Source: the human T2T-CHM13v2.0 reference genome, Homo sapiens | Assembly (NCBI RefSeq): GCF_009914755.1 | Contig: NC_060932.1 | Strand: one strand, 5' to 3' | DNA length: 64,000 nucleotides | Shown: piece after piece, positions 1 to 14,500 of the stretch | Position numbering within the stretch: position 1 is the first letter of the stretch | Layout of the letters: each line of letters starts with the position of its first letter | The notes under the pieces: generated by a model | Seen by the model: only the letters and a program-made list of their open reading frames with translations | Told to the model about the DNA's origin: nothing | Database searches by the model: none | Position numbers and translations under genes: made by a program

Positions 1-267
1 TTCCTAATTCAGAAACCCAGCTTCAGAGTCACTGAAGGTGAGGTGCTTGCTGTTGTCACTCTCTGGGGCCCACATCTCAGTGGGGCTCTTCCTGTTCGAC
101 AAGACAGAAACCCCAACTCAAACCCACTCAGCCAAGGAGAGAATTGTCGGCTCGTGGAACTGAAAAGCCCAGTTTTCCAGGCCGGGTTTTGAACACCCCG
201 ACGCAGGGATGGCAGATGTCCGGCAGCCAGAATGGCTTTGCTCCACCCTGACTCTATGGCAGCTGAT

Positions 268-357
268 CCCAGCTTGCAAGAAGCCTCCGACCTTCTCCTC
301 CCGGCCTTCCACCCCAGCTTGCAAAAAGCCTCCAACCTTCTCCTCCCAGCCTTCCAA
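268..357. repeat. 45-bp tandem duplication (2 copies) in RP1L1 intron 1
   Basis: cccagcttgcaagaagcctccgaccttctcctcccggccttcca at 268 recurs with a few substitutions at 313. Confidence 0.85.
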
Positions 358-436
358 CACCACCCAGCTGGTCAGAGAAGACGCCAGGGCCATATCTATT
401 TGCTGTGGTCCTAATTTCTTCCTAGAGCCAGAGAGG

Positions 437-444
437 CTAATCCC
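437..444 (+). promoter_or_regulatory. Candidate CRX/OTX2 (K50 homeodomain) site CTAATCCC
   Basis: Exact match to the high-affinity CRX consensus, outside any Alu, in an intron of a photoreceptor gene. Motif match only. Confidence 0.3.
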
Positions 445-896
445 TAAGTTGTTTTTAGGCTTCAGCTCAGGAGTCTCTGCATCACCTCCTCCAGGAGGCC
501 TTCCTTGACCTGCAATGCCATTCCTTTTACTCTGCATTCAGTCACACCCAGTGTATATTGTGGTGTATGTGTGAGTGTGTGTGTATGTACACACATACAC
601 ATCAGAACATTTGTTATTGTGTGTAGGAGCGTGTCTGTTTGTCACATTGGAATGTGAAGTTTCTGAAGATCGGTGCCATGTCCTACTAATGGTTGCATCC
701 CAGGATGCCACCCAGAGCCTGATGCAATAGATGCTCAGAAATCTTTGTTGGCTACATGAGAGAGGGAGTGATGAGTGACAGAATGTGTGGAGAATGTGAT
801 GAGAATTCTGAGAGTGAGGACTGGAAGGTGATGCCTCTTCCAAGAAGAAAACCTTCCACGTTTGCAATTTCCTTCCCCATGGCTGCAAGATAAGGT

Positions 897-1490
897 CATA
901 CTGGGGACAAGACAGTGCTGAAGACACAGTGATGCAGGGATATGGAGGTGCTGGGGACATGGTGATGCCGGGGACATGGAGGTGCTGGGGACATGGTGAT
1001 GCCAGGGATGTGGAGGTGCTGGGGACACAGTGGTTCTGGGACATGGTGATGCTGGGGACATGGAGGTGCTGGGAACATAGTGGTGCTGGGGATATACGTG
1101 GTCATTTTAGTGGCATGATGATGCTGAGGGACAGGGTGACAATGAGTCACAGCAATGTTGGGGACATGTGGTGCTGTGCTGGGGACATAGTGATGCTGGG
1201 GACATGGTGACTGTAAGTGCATATGACTCTAGGGACATGGTAATGCTGGAGACATGGAGGTCCTGGGAACATGGAGGTGCTACAGATGTGGCTTTGCTGG
1301 GGACATGGCAATGCTGGGGACATGATGACTCTGGGGACATGGAAGTGCTGGGGACATGGAAGTTCTGGGGACATTGAAGTACTGGGGACATGGAGGTGCT
1401 GGGGACATGGTTGTGCTGGGGACATTGTGGTCCTGGTTTCATGGTGACTCTGAAGGCATGTGGTGGGAACATGGTAATGCTGGGGACAGT
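897..1490. repeat. 17-bp G-rich minisatellite (gg[ag/tg][g/a]tgctggggacat), about 30-35 degenerate copies
   Basis: Recurrent tgctggggacat at ~17-bp spacing. It produces the repetitive PCPQHHHVP-type ORFs on the minus strand. Confidence 0.9.
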
Positions 1491-1741
1491 CTCAAACTCC
1501 TGAGCTCAAGCAATTCACGGGGCTGGAGTTTGAACTCAGATCTGTCCCATGCCCAACTTTTGTCCTTCCTTCTGTTCCATCCAAATAGATTCACTTGCCT
1601 CTCCATAGTGGAGTGGAGCACATTTGGGGTGGGCAGGAAGCACCTCTAGAAAGAAGGGAAGAGACAGGAAATGCCAATCCCCCAAGCTGCTCTCTGACCC
1701 CTCTTCCTCTGCCCTGTTACAGCGGCCAGAGCCCCCACACC

Positions 1742-2350
1742 ATGAACAGCACCCCCAGGAATGCCCAGGCCCCGAGCCACCGTGAGTGCTTCCTGCCCTC
1801 TGTGGCTCGCACCCCCTCGGTCACCAAGGTCACGCCAGCCAAGAAGATCACCTTCCTCAAGCGAGGGGATCCACGGTTTGCTGGGGTCCGCCTGGCCGTT
1901 CACCAGCGCGCCTTTAAGACCTTCAGCGCCCTCATGGACGAGCTCTCCCAGCGCGTGCCTCTCTCCTTTGGGGTGCGCTCTGTCACCACACCCCGGGGCC
2001 TGCATAGCCTCAGCGCCCTGGAGCAGCTGGAAGATGGAGGCTGCTACCTCTGCTCTGATAAGAAGCCCCCCAAGACCCCCAGTGGACCAGGCCGGCCACA
2101 GGAGAGAAACCCCACTGCTCAGCAGTTGCGGGATGTCGAAGGCCAGCGTGAAGCCCCAGGCACCTCCTCCTCCCGGAAGAGTCTTAAAACCCCCCGGAGG
2201 ATACTGCTGATTAAGAACATGGACCCTCGCCTCCAGCAGACAGTGGTTCTCAGTCACAGGAATACTAGGAACCTGGCCGCCTTTCTCGGCAAAGCCTCAG
2301 ATCTCCTGCGCTTTCCTGTGAAGCAGTTGTACACGACCAGCGGGAAAAAG
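1742..2350 (+). CDS. RP1L1: RP1L1 exon 2 coding part (codons 1-203): first doublecortin (DCX) domain and start of the second
   Basis: MNSTPRNAQAPSHREC...KITFLKRGDPRFAGVRLAVHQRAFKTFSALMDELSQRVPLSFGVRSVTTPRG is a DCX fold of the RP1 family. Acceptor ttacag at 1722, exon starts at 1723, donor AAG|gtaggc at 2350/2351. 609 nt coding. Confidence 0.97.
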
Positions 2351-2592
2351 GTAGGCTGTTGGGGTCTGACGGTTCCTTGAAAAGGTTCTTTAGACCTGAG
2401 GTCAAAATACTCACATGGAAGAGAGAGATTATTCCTTAAAAAGAGGCATTTGATTGCCCTGCTGCTAATTAAAGGTGAACAGCATGGAGACACTCAGTCA
2501 AGTCAATAAATCAACAAGCAGCTGTGATTCATGTTTTTAGGTATATTTAGAGAGCATGCGGTAAGTGGCAGGCATTGTGCCTGTGTACTCTT

Positions 2593-2907
<315 letters not shown>

Positions 2908-3320
2908 TTGTGTACTCTTATTGTTGTCTTATCCAATAACCTATTATTGCAGGGGTTCAGTGTAGGAAACAAACTACTCAAGTTACCTTAAGTAGAAAGT
3001 GATTTAATACAGGGCGTTGGAGGGCTTCATGTTTGGGAAGCCAGAGAGTGAATTGGAAGCTGGGTCTGCAGGAATGGCTCCCAGCATGTGCAGGAAGCTA
3101 CTACCTCTGCTGGAAGCCACTATGATTATTGAGTTCAAGGACATGCGTGAATGTAATTTTTGCCTTTCCAGGTTCTGCCGGACATGAAATTCCACCAAAG
3201 GTCGGCAGAATGGAGGATGGAGGTTGACTGACCTAATTCACAGTCTCCTCAAGATTCAGTCCTGTTGCTCCTTAACATCTGTATGCACCATTCCACCAAT
3301 ACTTCATAAATATCATATCA

Positions 3321-3608
<288 letters not shown>

Positions 3609-3949
3609 TCATATGATAACATCATTACAAAAACTTTGTTATAAACATCAGCTACAGCAGCCTGCACTCATGGAGTAACAGAGCTCTCCCTCCTACAATC
3701 AAAAACACGTTCACCTTCTCCCCACAATCGCATTATCACTGGACCCTTCGTCTTCTATGCTGTGACAACCTCACCTTGATATCGTCTATCTCAAGGTCTA
3801 CTTAGGTAGTCCAGCACCATCAAAGTACCCTATGTTAAGTAGTATAGGAAATAAAGAACAAAGAAAAGGGAAATTGATTAATATGTATACCTAGCAGAGC
3901 TATGACAAAAATTAGGCTATCTACTGCAAGGCCTTCGTTGGTGTTTAAA

Positions 3950-4900
<951 letters not shown>

Positions 4901-4962
4901 AGAGCACATATCACTGTATCAGCCATACTTCAGTACAGGAAACAGAATCCTCTCTCAACATC

Positions 4963-5299
4963 TTTTTTTTTTTTTTTTTTTTTGAGATGGAGTCTCCCTC
5001 TGTCACCCATGGTGGAGCGCAGTGGCATGATCTTGGCTCACTGCAACCTCTGCCCCCTAGGTTCAAGCGATTCTTCTGCCTCAGCCTCCCCGAGTAGCTG
5101 GGACTACAGGCGCCTGCCACCATGCCCAGCTAATGTTTTTTTGTTGTTGTTGTTTGTTTTGGGTTTTTTTTGTATTTTTAGTAGAGATGCGGTTTCACCA
5201 TGTTGGCCAGGCTGGTCTTGAACTCTTGACCTCAGGTGATCTGCCCACCTTGGCATTCTAAAGTGCTGGGATTACAGGTGTGAGCCACTGTGCCCAGCC
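4963..5299 (-). mobile_element. Alu (AluS-like) with expanded middle linker
   Basis: Poly-T at 4963, reverse Alu body, imperfect TSD ctctctc(aa/gg)catct. Confidence 0.92.
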
Positions 5300-5774
5300 C
5301 TCTCTCGGCATCTTAAGCAGGAAAGAATTACACTCAGAGGGTTTGATGCTTAGAGATTCAGTGAAAGGCTGGAGGAGCACAGGCTGGGTTCCTGGAAAAG
5401 ATTCCCAGAATGTCACAAACCAACCTGTCAGGGATGTCTAGGAAATGAGGAAGGTGAGTTTTGGGGGGTTGCCTCTGGAATGACTGTGCTCTGAATTACC
5501 CCACCATTGCTGGGATCCCAAATGGGAAGATGATGGGTACTAGAACAACGAGGGCATCTTTTGATGTCTCAGTGGCACATGCCTCTCTGCATCTTTGACT
5601 TCCTTTTGCTTGTGGCAAGAGTCAGGAACAAAAGGAAGATGGCCTGTGCTTCGCTGCCACGTTCCATGCCCTGTTCAAGTGCATCTTATTAGTGGGACTT
5701 ATTTCGCATTTAGATCCCAAGCTGCAAGGGAGTTCAGGAAATGGGCTGGCAGCTTTCTAAACTCTGCAGTACTG

Positions 5775-6110
5775 GGCCAGTCATGGTGGCTCACACCTGT
5801 AATCCCAGCACTTTGGGAGGCCGAGGCAGGTGGATCACTTGAGGTCAGGAGTTTGAGACCAGCCTGGGCAACATGGGGAAACCCCATCTCTACTAAAAAT
5901 TTAAAATTAGCCAGGCATGGTGGTGCGTGCCTGTAGTCCCAGCTACTGGGAAGGCTGAGGCAGGAGAATTGCTTGAACCTGGGAGGTGGCGGTTGAACCT
6001 GAGAGGTGGAGGTTGCGCCACTGCACTACAGCCTGGGTGACACAGCAGGACTCCATCTCAGAAAACAAACAAACAAACAAACAAAAAAACACGAAAACCA
6101 AAACAAACAA
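5775..6110 (+). mobile_element. Alu with (AAAC)n tail and an internal ~20-bp duplication
   Basis: Alu body. gaacctgggaggtggcggtt is duplicated near 5975-6015. TSD ctctgcagtactgg. Confidence 0.9.
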
Positions 6111-6219
6111 AGAAACCTCTGCAGTACTGGAAAGCATACCAGAAAGAGAGTGGGATAGAAACAGCTGGTATGGGGCATAGCATTCACTACACAAACTCAC
6201 AAGGTAGCTGATATTACTA

Positions 6220-6726
<507 letters not shown>

Positions 6727-7088
6727 GGTAGCTGATATTATTATCCCCTTGGGACAGATAAGAAAAGTGAGGCACAGAGGTTAAGTAATTTGCTCCTAGT
6801 TGCATGGCTGGCCAATGAGAGAGCCAACATCAATGCTTGGAAAATGAAAAAGAACATGCTCTGTGCTTTAAAGATGGAAATACATCCCCAAGCATTGCTA
6901 ATTACAACGTAATGCAAGGATGCTTTTGAGTTAGTGGCATTACCGTGGACTAGCATGTGCCACATAAACAGACAAATGAGACGAGGTCCCTACCTTCCGT
7001 TAGCTACCGTTTAGTGGGTGCGATTTTTGATGGACCAGGAGTCCAAATCAAAGAAGAAATGGACCTCGTCATTTAAAACAAACTTCTA

Positions 7089-7444
<356 letters not shown>

Positions 7445-8356
7445 CTAGGCTGAAAGATCTGGTGCACAACAGACTTCTATGACATTTTTTGGGGAAGAGA
7501 ATGTAATGTTCCTTCTTTTTTCTTTTTTTTTTTTTTTTTTTTTTGTTAATGAGCATACCCTTATAATTTTAGAGAATGAGAAAGAACATGCTCTGTGCTT
7601 TAAAGATGGAAATACATTCCCCATTCCCCAGCATTGCTCATTACAATGTAATCCCATCAATAGTGCAAACCCTCAGATCTGCAGGGGCTTCTCGGTCCAG
7701 GGACCAGTTTCCTGGAAAGGAATTCTGCAGTGACATGGCCTGCCCTGAGCCCAGGAGTGCATAGGGGACATTCTGATGGGTCTGGGGAGGGTCAGGAGCC
7801 CAGAGACCATTTTAGGAGTCTGGAAGGGAAGGGGTCCCTGCAGGAAGAGTGGTGCCTAGCCCCTCTCCCCTCCACTTGGGCAGAGGCAACAGACTCAGAC
7901 TGTACCAGAAAACACAGATTAGGCAGCACAGAGTCTCCTTCATTTGGGAAAAGAATGAGAGAGTGAATCGGGCCCCGCTGTGGGAGCTGGAGGGCGTGCT
8001 GCTCCAGCTGCTTCAGGGAATACATATTCTGGAGGGTGGACATGTGGGCAGAAATGCGGCCTACAGAAGTCTTTTGCAGCAGGGGCATCCAGAATGCCCT
8101 TTGATCACGGGCCTCACGCCTGGTGGAGGGAGGGGTATAGCTAGAGCGGGAGATCATGGTGGTGGGACCTCAGCCTCCAGCTAGTGATAGAGGTGTTATG
8201 GGGAGTGGATAAGACCCCTCCTTGGACCAGGAGTCTGGGGTGAGATGTGCAGAAATCAGGACAGGGCTGGTGAGACTGGATCCTTCCTCCCCCAGGCCTC
8301 AGGGTAGAGGGGTTTCTGCAGCCCAGGCCTCCTGACCCCGCCCGCTCCTCCCTCAG

Positions 8357-8498
8357 GTGGACTCGCTGCAGGCCCTGCTGCACAGCCCCTCTGTGCTGGT
8401 GTGTGCCGGGCATGAGGCCTTCAGAACCCCAGCCATGAAAAATGCCAGGAGAAGCGAGGCTGAAACTTTATCTGGGCTGACTTCAAGAAACAAAAACG
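8357..8498 (+). CDS. RP1L1: RP1L1 exon 3 (142 nt), completing the second DCX domain
   Basis: Acceptor ctccctcag|GTG, VDSLQALLHSPSVLVCAGHEAFR, donor AACG|gtgagt. Phases 0/1 match exons 2 and 4. Confidence 0.96.
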
Positions 8499-8736
8499 GT
8501 GAGTTGGTTTTTGGGTTTCCCCCATCTGATTTGCACTGCATGGTGGTTCAGTAGGGCTGAGTGGAAAGCCTTCCAGGTAATTCAGGAAACTTCCCTTTGG
8601 CCCCAGATCTTGGGTATCCCAGTCATTTTGGGATCTCTCTTGCCTCTTCCTCCTTCTCAGTACTGTCAATCTTACTTGGGTTCAACATTTGACCAAGATA
8701 GGAGAGGGCAGTGCTTGGTATATAAAAGGAACAGAG

Positions 8737-9048
<312 letters not shown>

Positions 9049-9104
9049 TTAAGAGATCTTGAATTTAAAGTTTCTAGAATCTAAAATAAATTTTATTAAG
9101 AGCC

Positions 9105-9400
<296 letters not shown>

Positions 9401-9729
9401 AAACAACTACAGTGGCCATGACATCATGGCAGCAATGGGCCGTGTGCCTGGCGTTGCATCCTTTCAGGGTCACGATGGTCTCAGGCAACAGTGGTGGCCT
9501 GCATGGGGGTCAAAGGGACTAAAACTAACCATGACCACAGATTATCCATCCATCCATACAACCAACCATATATCCAGCCAAAGAGCCACAGTCTGGACTA
9601 TGTTATTTTTTTAAAACTACACACACTTATTTTTAAAAGCACAATTAACAAATGCAGTCTGATGATGGAAAAATTTGGCGAGTAAACAAAGTACTATCCT
9701 TTGTGAAAAGCTCAGAAACACCAACAAGC

Positions 9730-9820
9730 ACAGGCTCGGTGATCACTGTAGGTCAGGTGCTGGAGGCCCAAGGGACAGGCTCGGTGATCACTGTGGGTCA
9801 GGCACTGGAGGCACAAGGAC
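9730..9820. repeat. 45-bp tandem duplication (2 copies) in intron 3
   Basis: acaggctcggtgatcactgt(a/g)ggtcagg... at 9730 and 9775. Confidence 0.85.
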
Positions 9821-10000
9821 AGTTTACTCTGGGTCCCTCCCTGGAGGAGTGTCCAGTCTCATTTGGTCCCTGTGGAGGGCCAGGACTGGGCAAAGCCATC
9901 TTCTGCCCAGATGTGCACCTGGGGTTCTTTTGCTGGCCATATGCTCAGCCTCTGCTAGCCCTACCCTTTTGCCACATGTTGGCTCGGGAGATGGAATTTG

Positions 10001-10164
10001 TTTTTATTTATTTATTTTTATTATACTTTAAGTTTTAGGGTACATGTGCACAACATGCAGGTTTGTTACATATGTATACATGTGCCATGTTGGTGTGCTG
10101 CACCCATTAACTCGTCATTTACATTAGGTATATCTCCTAATGCTATCCCTTCCCCCTCCCCCCA
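10001..10164 (-). mobile_element. Severely 5'-truncated young L1PA 3' end with TSD
   Basis: ttatactttaagttttagggtacatgtgcacaac...ctcctaatgctatccct is the reverse complement of the L1PA 3' UTR. Perfect 14-bp TSD ggagatggaatttg (9987-10000, 10165-10178). Confidence 0.92.
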
Positions 10165-10261
10165 GGAGATGGAATTTGAAAGCCCTTGGGGGCTTCATTC
10201 ATTTGTTCTTTCTTTCTTTTTTTTTTCCTTCCTTCCTTCCTTCCCTCCTTTCTTTTTTCTT

Positions 10262-10567
10262 TTCTTTTTTTTTTTTTTTTTTTGACGACAGAATCTTACC
10301 CTGTCACCCAGGCTGGAGTGCAGTGATGCGATCTAGGCTCACTGCAACCTCCGCCTCTCGGGTTCAAGTGATTTTTGTGCCTCAGCCTCCCGAGTGGCTG
10401 GGATTACAGTCTCCCACAACCACGCCCAGCTATTTTTTTGTGCTTTTAGTAGAGATGGGGTTTCCCCATGTTGGCCAGGCTGGTCTTGAACTCCTGACCT
10501 CAGGTGATCCGCCTGCCTCGGCCTCCCAAAGTGTTGGGATTACAGGCGTGAGCTATCACGCCTGGCT
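10262..10567 (-). mobile_element. Alu (AluS-like) with CT-rich tail
   Basis: Poly-T/CTTT tail followed by reverse Alu body. Confidence 0.9.
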
Positions 10568-11139
10568 CATTCTTTCTTAGAGCCACTCCTTTGCATCCTT
10601 AGCAACCCTTTCTTCTCTTCTTCATGGCTGGGGTGCAGGCTTGACTAGCAGGACCTGAGATGGTTCGCCCAGGTCCTTCCCTGCAGCCATTTATCAACCA
10701 GGAGCTTGATGAGGCTTAGGGTAATAAATCACCACTAATAATCACAGAGAATATAACAGTTTACAGTCAGGGTCATATGCAGCAGTTTATTGATTTCACC
10801 TGCTGTGCTGGGTGTGGGCATGAGGAGGGCCAGGAGCAAGATCTGGGCACTGCCACTCTGCCTGCCAAGTCTGCCATCTCTCGAGAGCCTACTATGTGCT
10901 AGCAACTATAAAGGAAGTTTTATATGCACAGCCATGCATCAATACGAACCGAACCAATCAATATTATTATGCTTATTTTACGGTTCAGAAAACAGGCTCT
11001 GCCAAAAACTACGCAGCTAGTAAGCAGCAGAGTTGAGATTGAATTCAGACTGAAGTTCTCCTTGTTAGACAATGCCAGTTCACAGACTGGTAGCTCTGTG
11101 GATGGTCATTCTAGAATAGCTCTGCCCTTATCATGCTTT

Positions 11140-11462
11140 TTTTTTTCTTTTCTTTTTTTAATGGTCTTGCTCTGTCATCCAGGCTGGAGCGCAGTGGTGC
11201 ATAGCTCACTGCAGCCTCCAACTCTGGGACTCAGGGGATTCTCCTGCCTCAGCCTTCCGAGTAGCTAGGAAGCTGGGACTGTAGGGGCATACTACCATGC
11301 TTAGGTAATTATTTCTTTACTTTTTTTTTTTTTTTTTTTTTTTGTAGAGATGGTGTCTCACTAAGTTGTCCAGGCTGGTCTTGAAACCCTGAGCTCAAGC
11401 AGTCCTCCCGCCTCGGCCTCCCAAAGTGCTTGGATTACAGGCCTGAGCCACCGCGCACAGCT
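11140..11462 (-). mobile_element. Alu (AluJ-like)
   Basis: Reverse Alu body with long central T tract, ending ~135 bp before the exon 4 acceptor. Confidence 0.85.
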
Positions 11463-11597
11463 GTCACCGTGCATTTTGGAGGCAGTGGTGATGCTGAGGT
11501 CGTGGGAGGCTCATGACTGTTTTATTCCTTTATCCTGACGCTGCCCCCATGGCTCACAGTCTTTTCTTCTTTTCTTTTCCTCTTCACTGCGTGCCAG

Positions 11598-14500
11598 GGA
11601 GCTGGGGGCCAAAGACCAAGCCGAGTGTGATCCATTCGCGGTCTCCGCCAGGCAGCACGCCACGGCTGCCAGAAAGGCCTGGTCCTAGCAACCCCCCGGT
11701 GGGCCCTGCTCCTGGCAGGCACCCTCAGGACACGCCAGCTCAGTCGGGCCCGCTGGTGGCTGGCGATGACATGAAGAAGAAGGTCCGCATGAATGAGGAC
11801 GGCAGCCTGTCCGTGGAGATGAAAGTCCGCTTCCACCTGGTCGGCGAGGACACGCTCCTATGGTCCCGGAGGATGGGCAGGGCCAGCGCCCTCACGGCAG
11901 CCAGTGGGGAAGACCCCGTTCTGGGGGAGGTAGACCCCCTCTGCTGTGTGTGGGAGGGCTACCCTTGGGGCTTCTCAGAGCCTGGGGTGTGGGGACCCCG
12001 GCCCTGCAGGGTGGGATGCAGGGAAGTCTTTGGCCGAGGCGGGCAGCCAGGGCCCAAGTATGAAATCTGGACGAATCCCCTGCATGCCTCCCAGGGAGAG
12101 AGAGTGGCAGCTCGGAAGAGGTGGGGACTGGCCCAGCACGTCCGCTGCAGTGGCCTGTGGGGCCACGGGACTGCCGGGAGGGAGAGATGCAGCCAGGACA
12201 GTGCCAGCCCAGCCTCCAGCACCGGCCTCCCCGAGGGCTCGGAGCCAGAGTCCTCCTGCTGCCCCAGGACCCCGGAGGACGGGGTGGACAGTGCCAGCCC
12301 CTCTGCCCAGATAGGGGCTGAGCGGAAAGCTGGAGGGAGCCTGGGTGAGGACCCCGGCCTATGCATAGATGGAGCAGGGCTGGGCGGCCCAGAGCAAGGC
12401 GGCCGCCTGACACCGAGGGCCCGGAGTGAGGAGGGGGCTTCTTCGGACTCGTCAGCCAGCACCGGCTCTCATGAGGGATCCAGCGAATGGGGTGGGCGGC
12501 CCCAGGGCTGTCCAGGCAAGGCAAGGGCCGAGACCTCTCAGCAGGAGGCCAGCGAGGGAGGCGACCCCGCTTCTCCAGCCCTGAGTCTTTCATCTTTAAG
12601 GAGTGACGACCTGCAGGCAGAGACGCAAGGACAGGGTACCGAGCAGGCCACGGGAGCGGCTGTGACAAGGGAGCCTCTGGTTCTGGGCCTTTCCTGCTCC
12701 TGGGACTCGGAAGGAGCCTCTTCCACCCCTTCCACCTGCACTTCATCCCAGCAGGGGCAGAGAAGGCACAGAAGCCGGGCCAGTGCAATGTCCTCACCCA
12801 GCAGCCCTGGCCTTGGCCGAGTGGCCCCGAGAGGCCATCCCAGGCATTCTCACTACCGCAAGGACACCCACAGCCCACTGGACTCCTCTGTAACCAAGCA
12901 AGTGCCGAGGCCTCCTGAGCGGCGAAGGGCCTGCCAGGATGGCTCAGTGCCACGATATTCTGGAAGCTCATCGAGCACCAGGACACAGGCCTCTGGGAAC
13001 CTGAGACCTCCCTCCTCGGGCTCTCTTCCTTCCCAGGACCTTCTGGGAACCAGCAGTGCCACTGTCACCCCTGCAGTCCACTCGGATTTTGTTTCTGGAG
13101 TCTCCCCGCACAACGCTCCCTCTGCCGGGTGGGCAGGGGACGCGGGGTCCAGGACATGCTCACCGGCCCCCATACCTCCCCACACATCCGACTCCTGCTC
13201 AAAATCTGGGGCTGCCAGCCTGGGGGAAGAGGCCAGGGACACGCCTCAGCCCTCCTCACCCTTGGTTCTGCAGGTTGGACGGCCTGAGCAAGGGGCGGTG
13301 GGCCCCCACCGAAGCCACTGCTGCTCACAGCCTGGGACGCAGCCGGCCCAAGAGGCCCAGCGGGGACCCTCCCCTGAGGCTAGCTGGCTGTGTGGCAGGT
13401 ACTGTCCCACCCCGCCCAGGGGGCGGCCCTGCCCCCAGAGGCGCTCTTCCAGCTGTGGGAGCACCGGCAGCAGCCACCAAAGCACTGCCCGGGGGCCAGG
13501 TGGGAGCCCGCAGGAGGGGACACGCCAGCCAGGCCCCACGCCGTCCCCAGGCCCCAATTCAGGGGCATCAAGGAGAAGCAGTGCCAGCCAGGGTGCGGGG
13601 TCTCGGGGGCTGTCCGAGGAGAAGACCTTGAGGAGTGGGGGAGGCCCCCAGGGGCAGGAGGAGGCCAGTGGTGTGTCACCCAGCTCTCTGCCCCGCTCGT
13701 CTCCAGAGGCTGTGGTCCGCGAATGGCTGGACAACATTCCAGAAGAGCCCATACTCATGACATATGAGTTGGCGGACGAGACCACAGGTGCAGCTGGGGG
13801 TGGCCTGAGAGGCCCCGAGGTGGACCCTGGGGATGACCATTCTCTGGAAGGCCTGGGGGAGCCAGCTCAGGCGGGACAGCAGTCCCTGGAAGGGGACCCC
13901 GGCCAGGACCCAGAGCCAGAGGGAGCCCTCCTGGGGAGTAGTGACACTGGTCCCCAATCAGGAGAGGGTGTCCCCCAAGGGGCAGCTCCAGAGGGAGTTT
14001 CCGAGGCCCCTGCAGAGGCCGGAGCAGACAGAGAGGCCCCAGCAGGCTGCAGGGTGAGCCTGCGGGCACTTCCTGGCCGGGTGTCTGCCTCCACGCAGAT
14101 CATGAGGGCGCTGATGGGCTCCAAGCAGGGCCGGCCCAGCAGCGTGCCCGAAGTGTCTAGGCCCATGGCCAGGAGGCTCAGCTGCTCAGCCGGGGCCCTC
14201 ATTACTTGTCTGGCCAGTCTGCAGTTATTTGAGGAAGACCTTGGGTCTCCTGCCAGCAAAGTGAGGTTCAAAGACTCCCCTTGGTACCAGGAGCTGCTCA
14301 GCATCTCGAAGGACCTGTGGCCAGGATGTGACGTTGGGGAAGACCAGCTGGACTCAGGCCTCTGGGAGCTCACATGGAGCCAGGCTCTGCCAGACCTTGG
14401 GTCCCATGCCATGACGGAGAACTTCACGCCCACATCCTCCTCTGGTGTGGACATCAGCAGCGGCTCTGGAGGCTCAGGGGAGAGTAGCGTACCCTGTGCC

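Noticed and set aside
538-1472. His/Pro/Cys-rich ORFs on both strands
   Set aside because: Translations of the 17-bp minisatellite
897-1490. CRISPR-like array
   Set aside because: Units are contiguous tandem repeats without unique spacers, there are no cas genes, and the DNA is primate
1595-1741. N-terminal extension of the exon 2 ORF in the ORF track
   Set aside because: It starts at a non-ATG codon upstream of the splice acceptor at 1722. The real start is ATG 1742.
11513-11597. ATG-initiated 2242-aa single-exon ORF as an independent gene
   Set aside because: The first 28 codons run through the branch/polypyrimidine tract. A canonical in-phase acceptor at 11597 joins exon 3.
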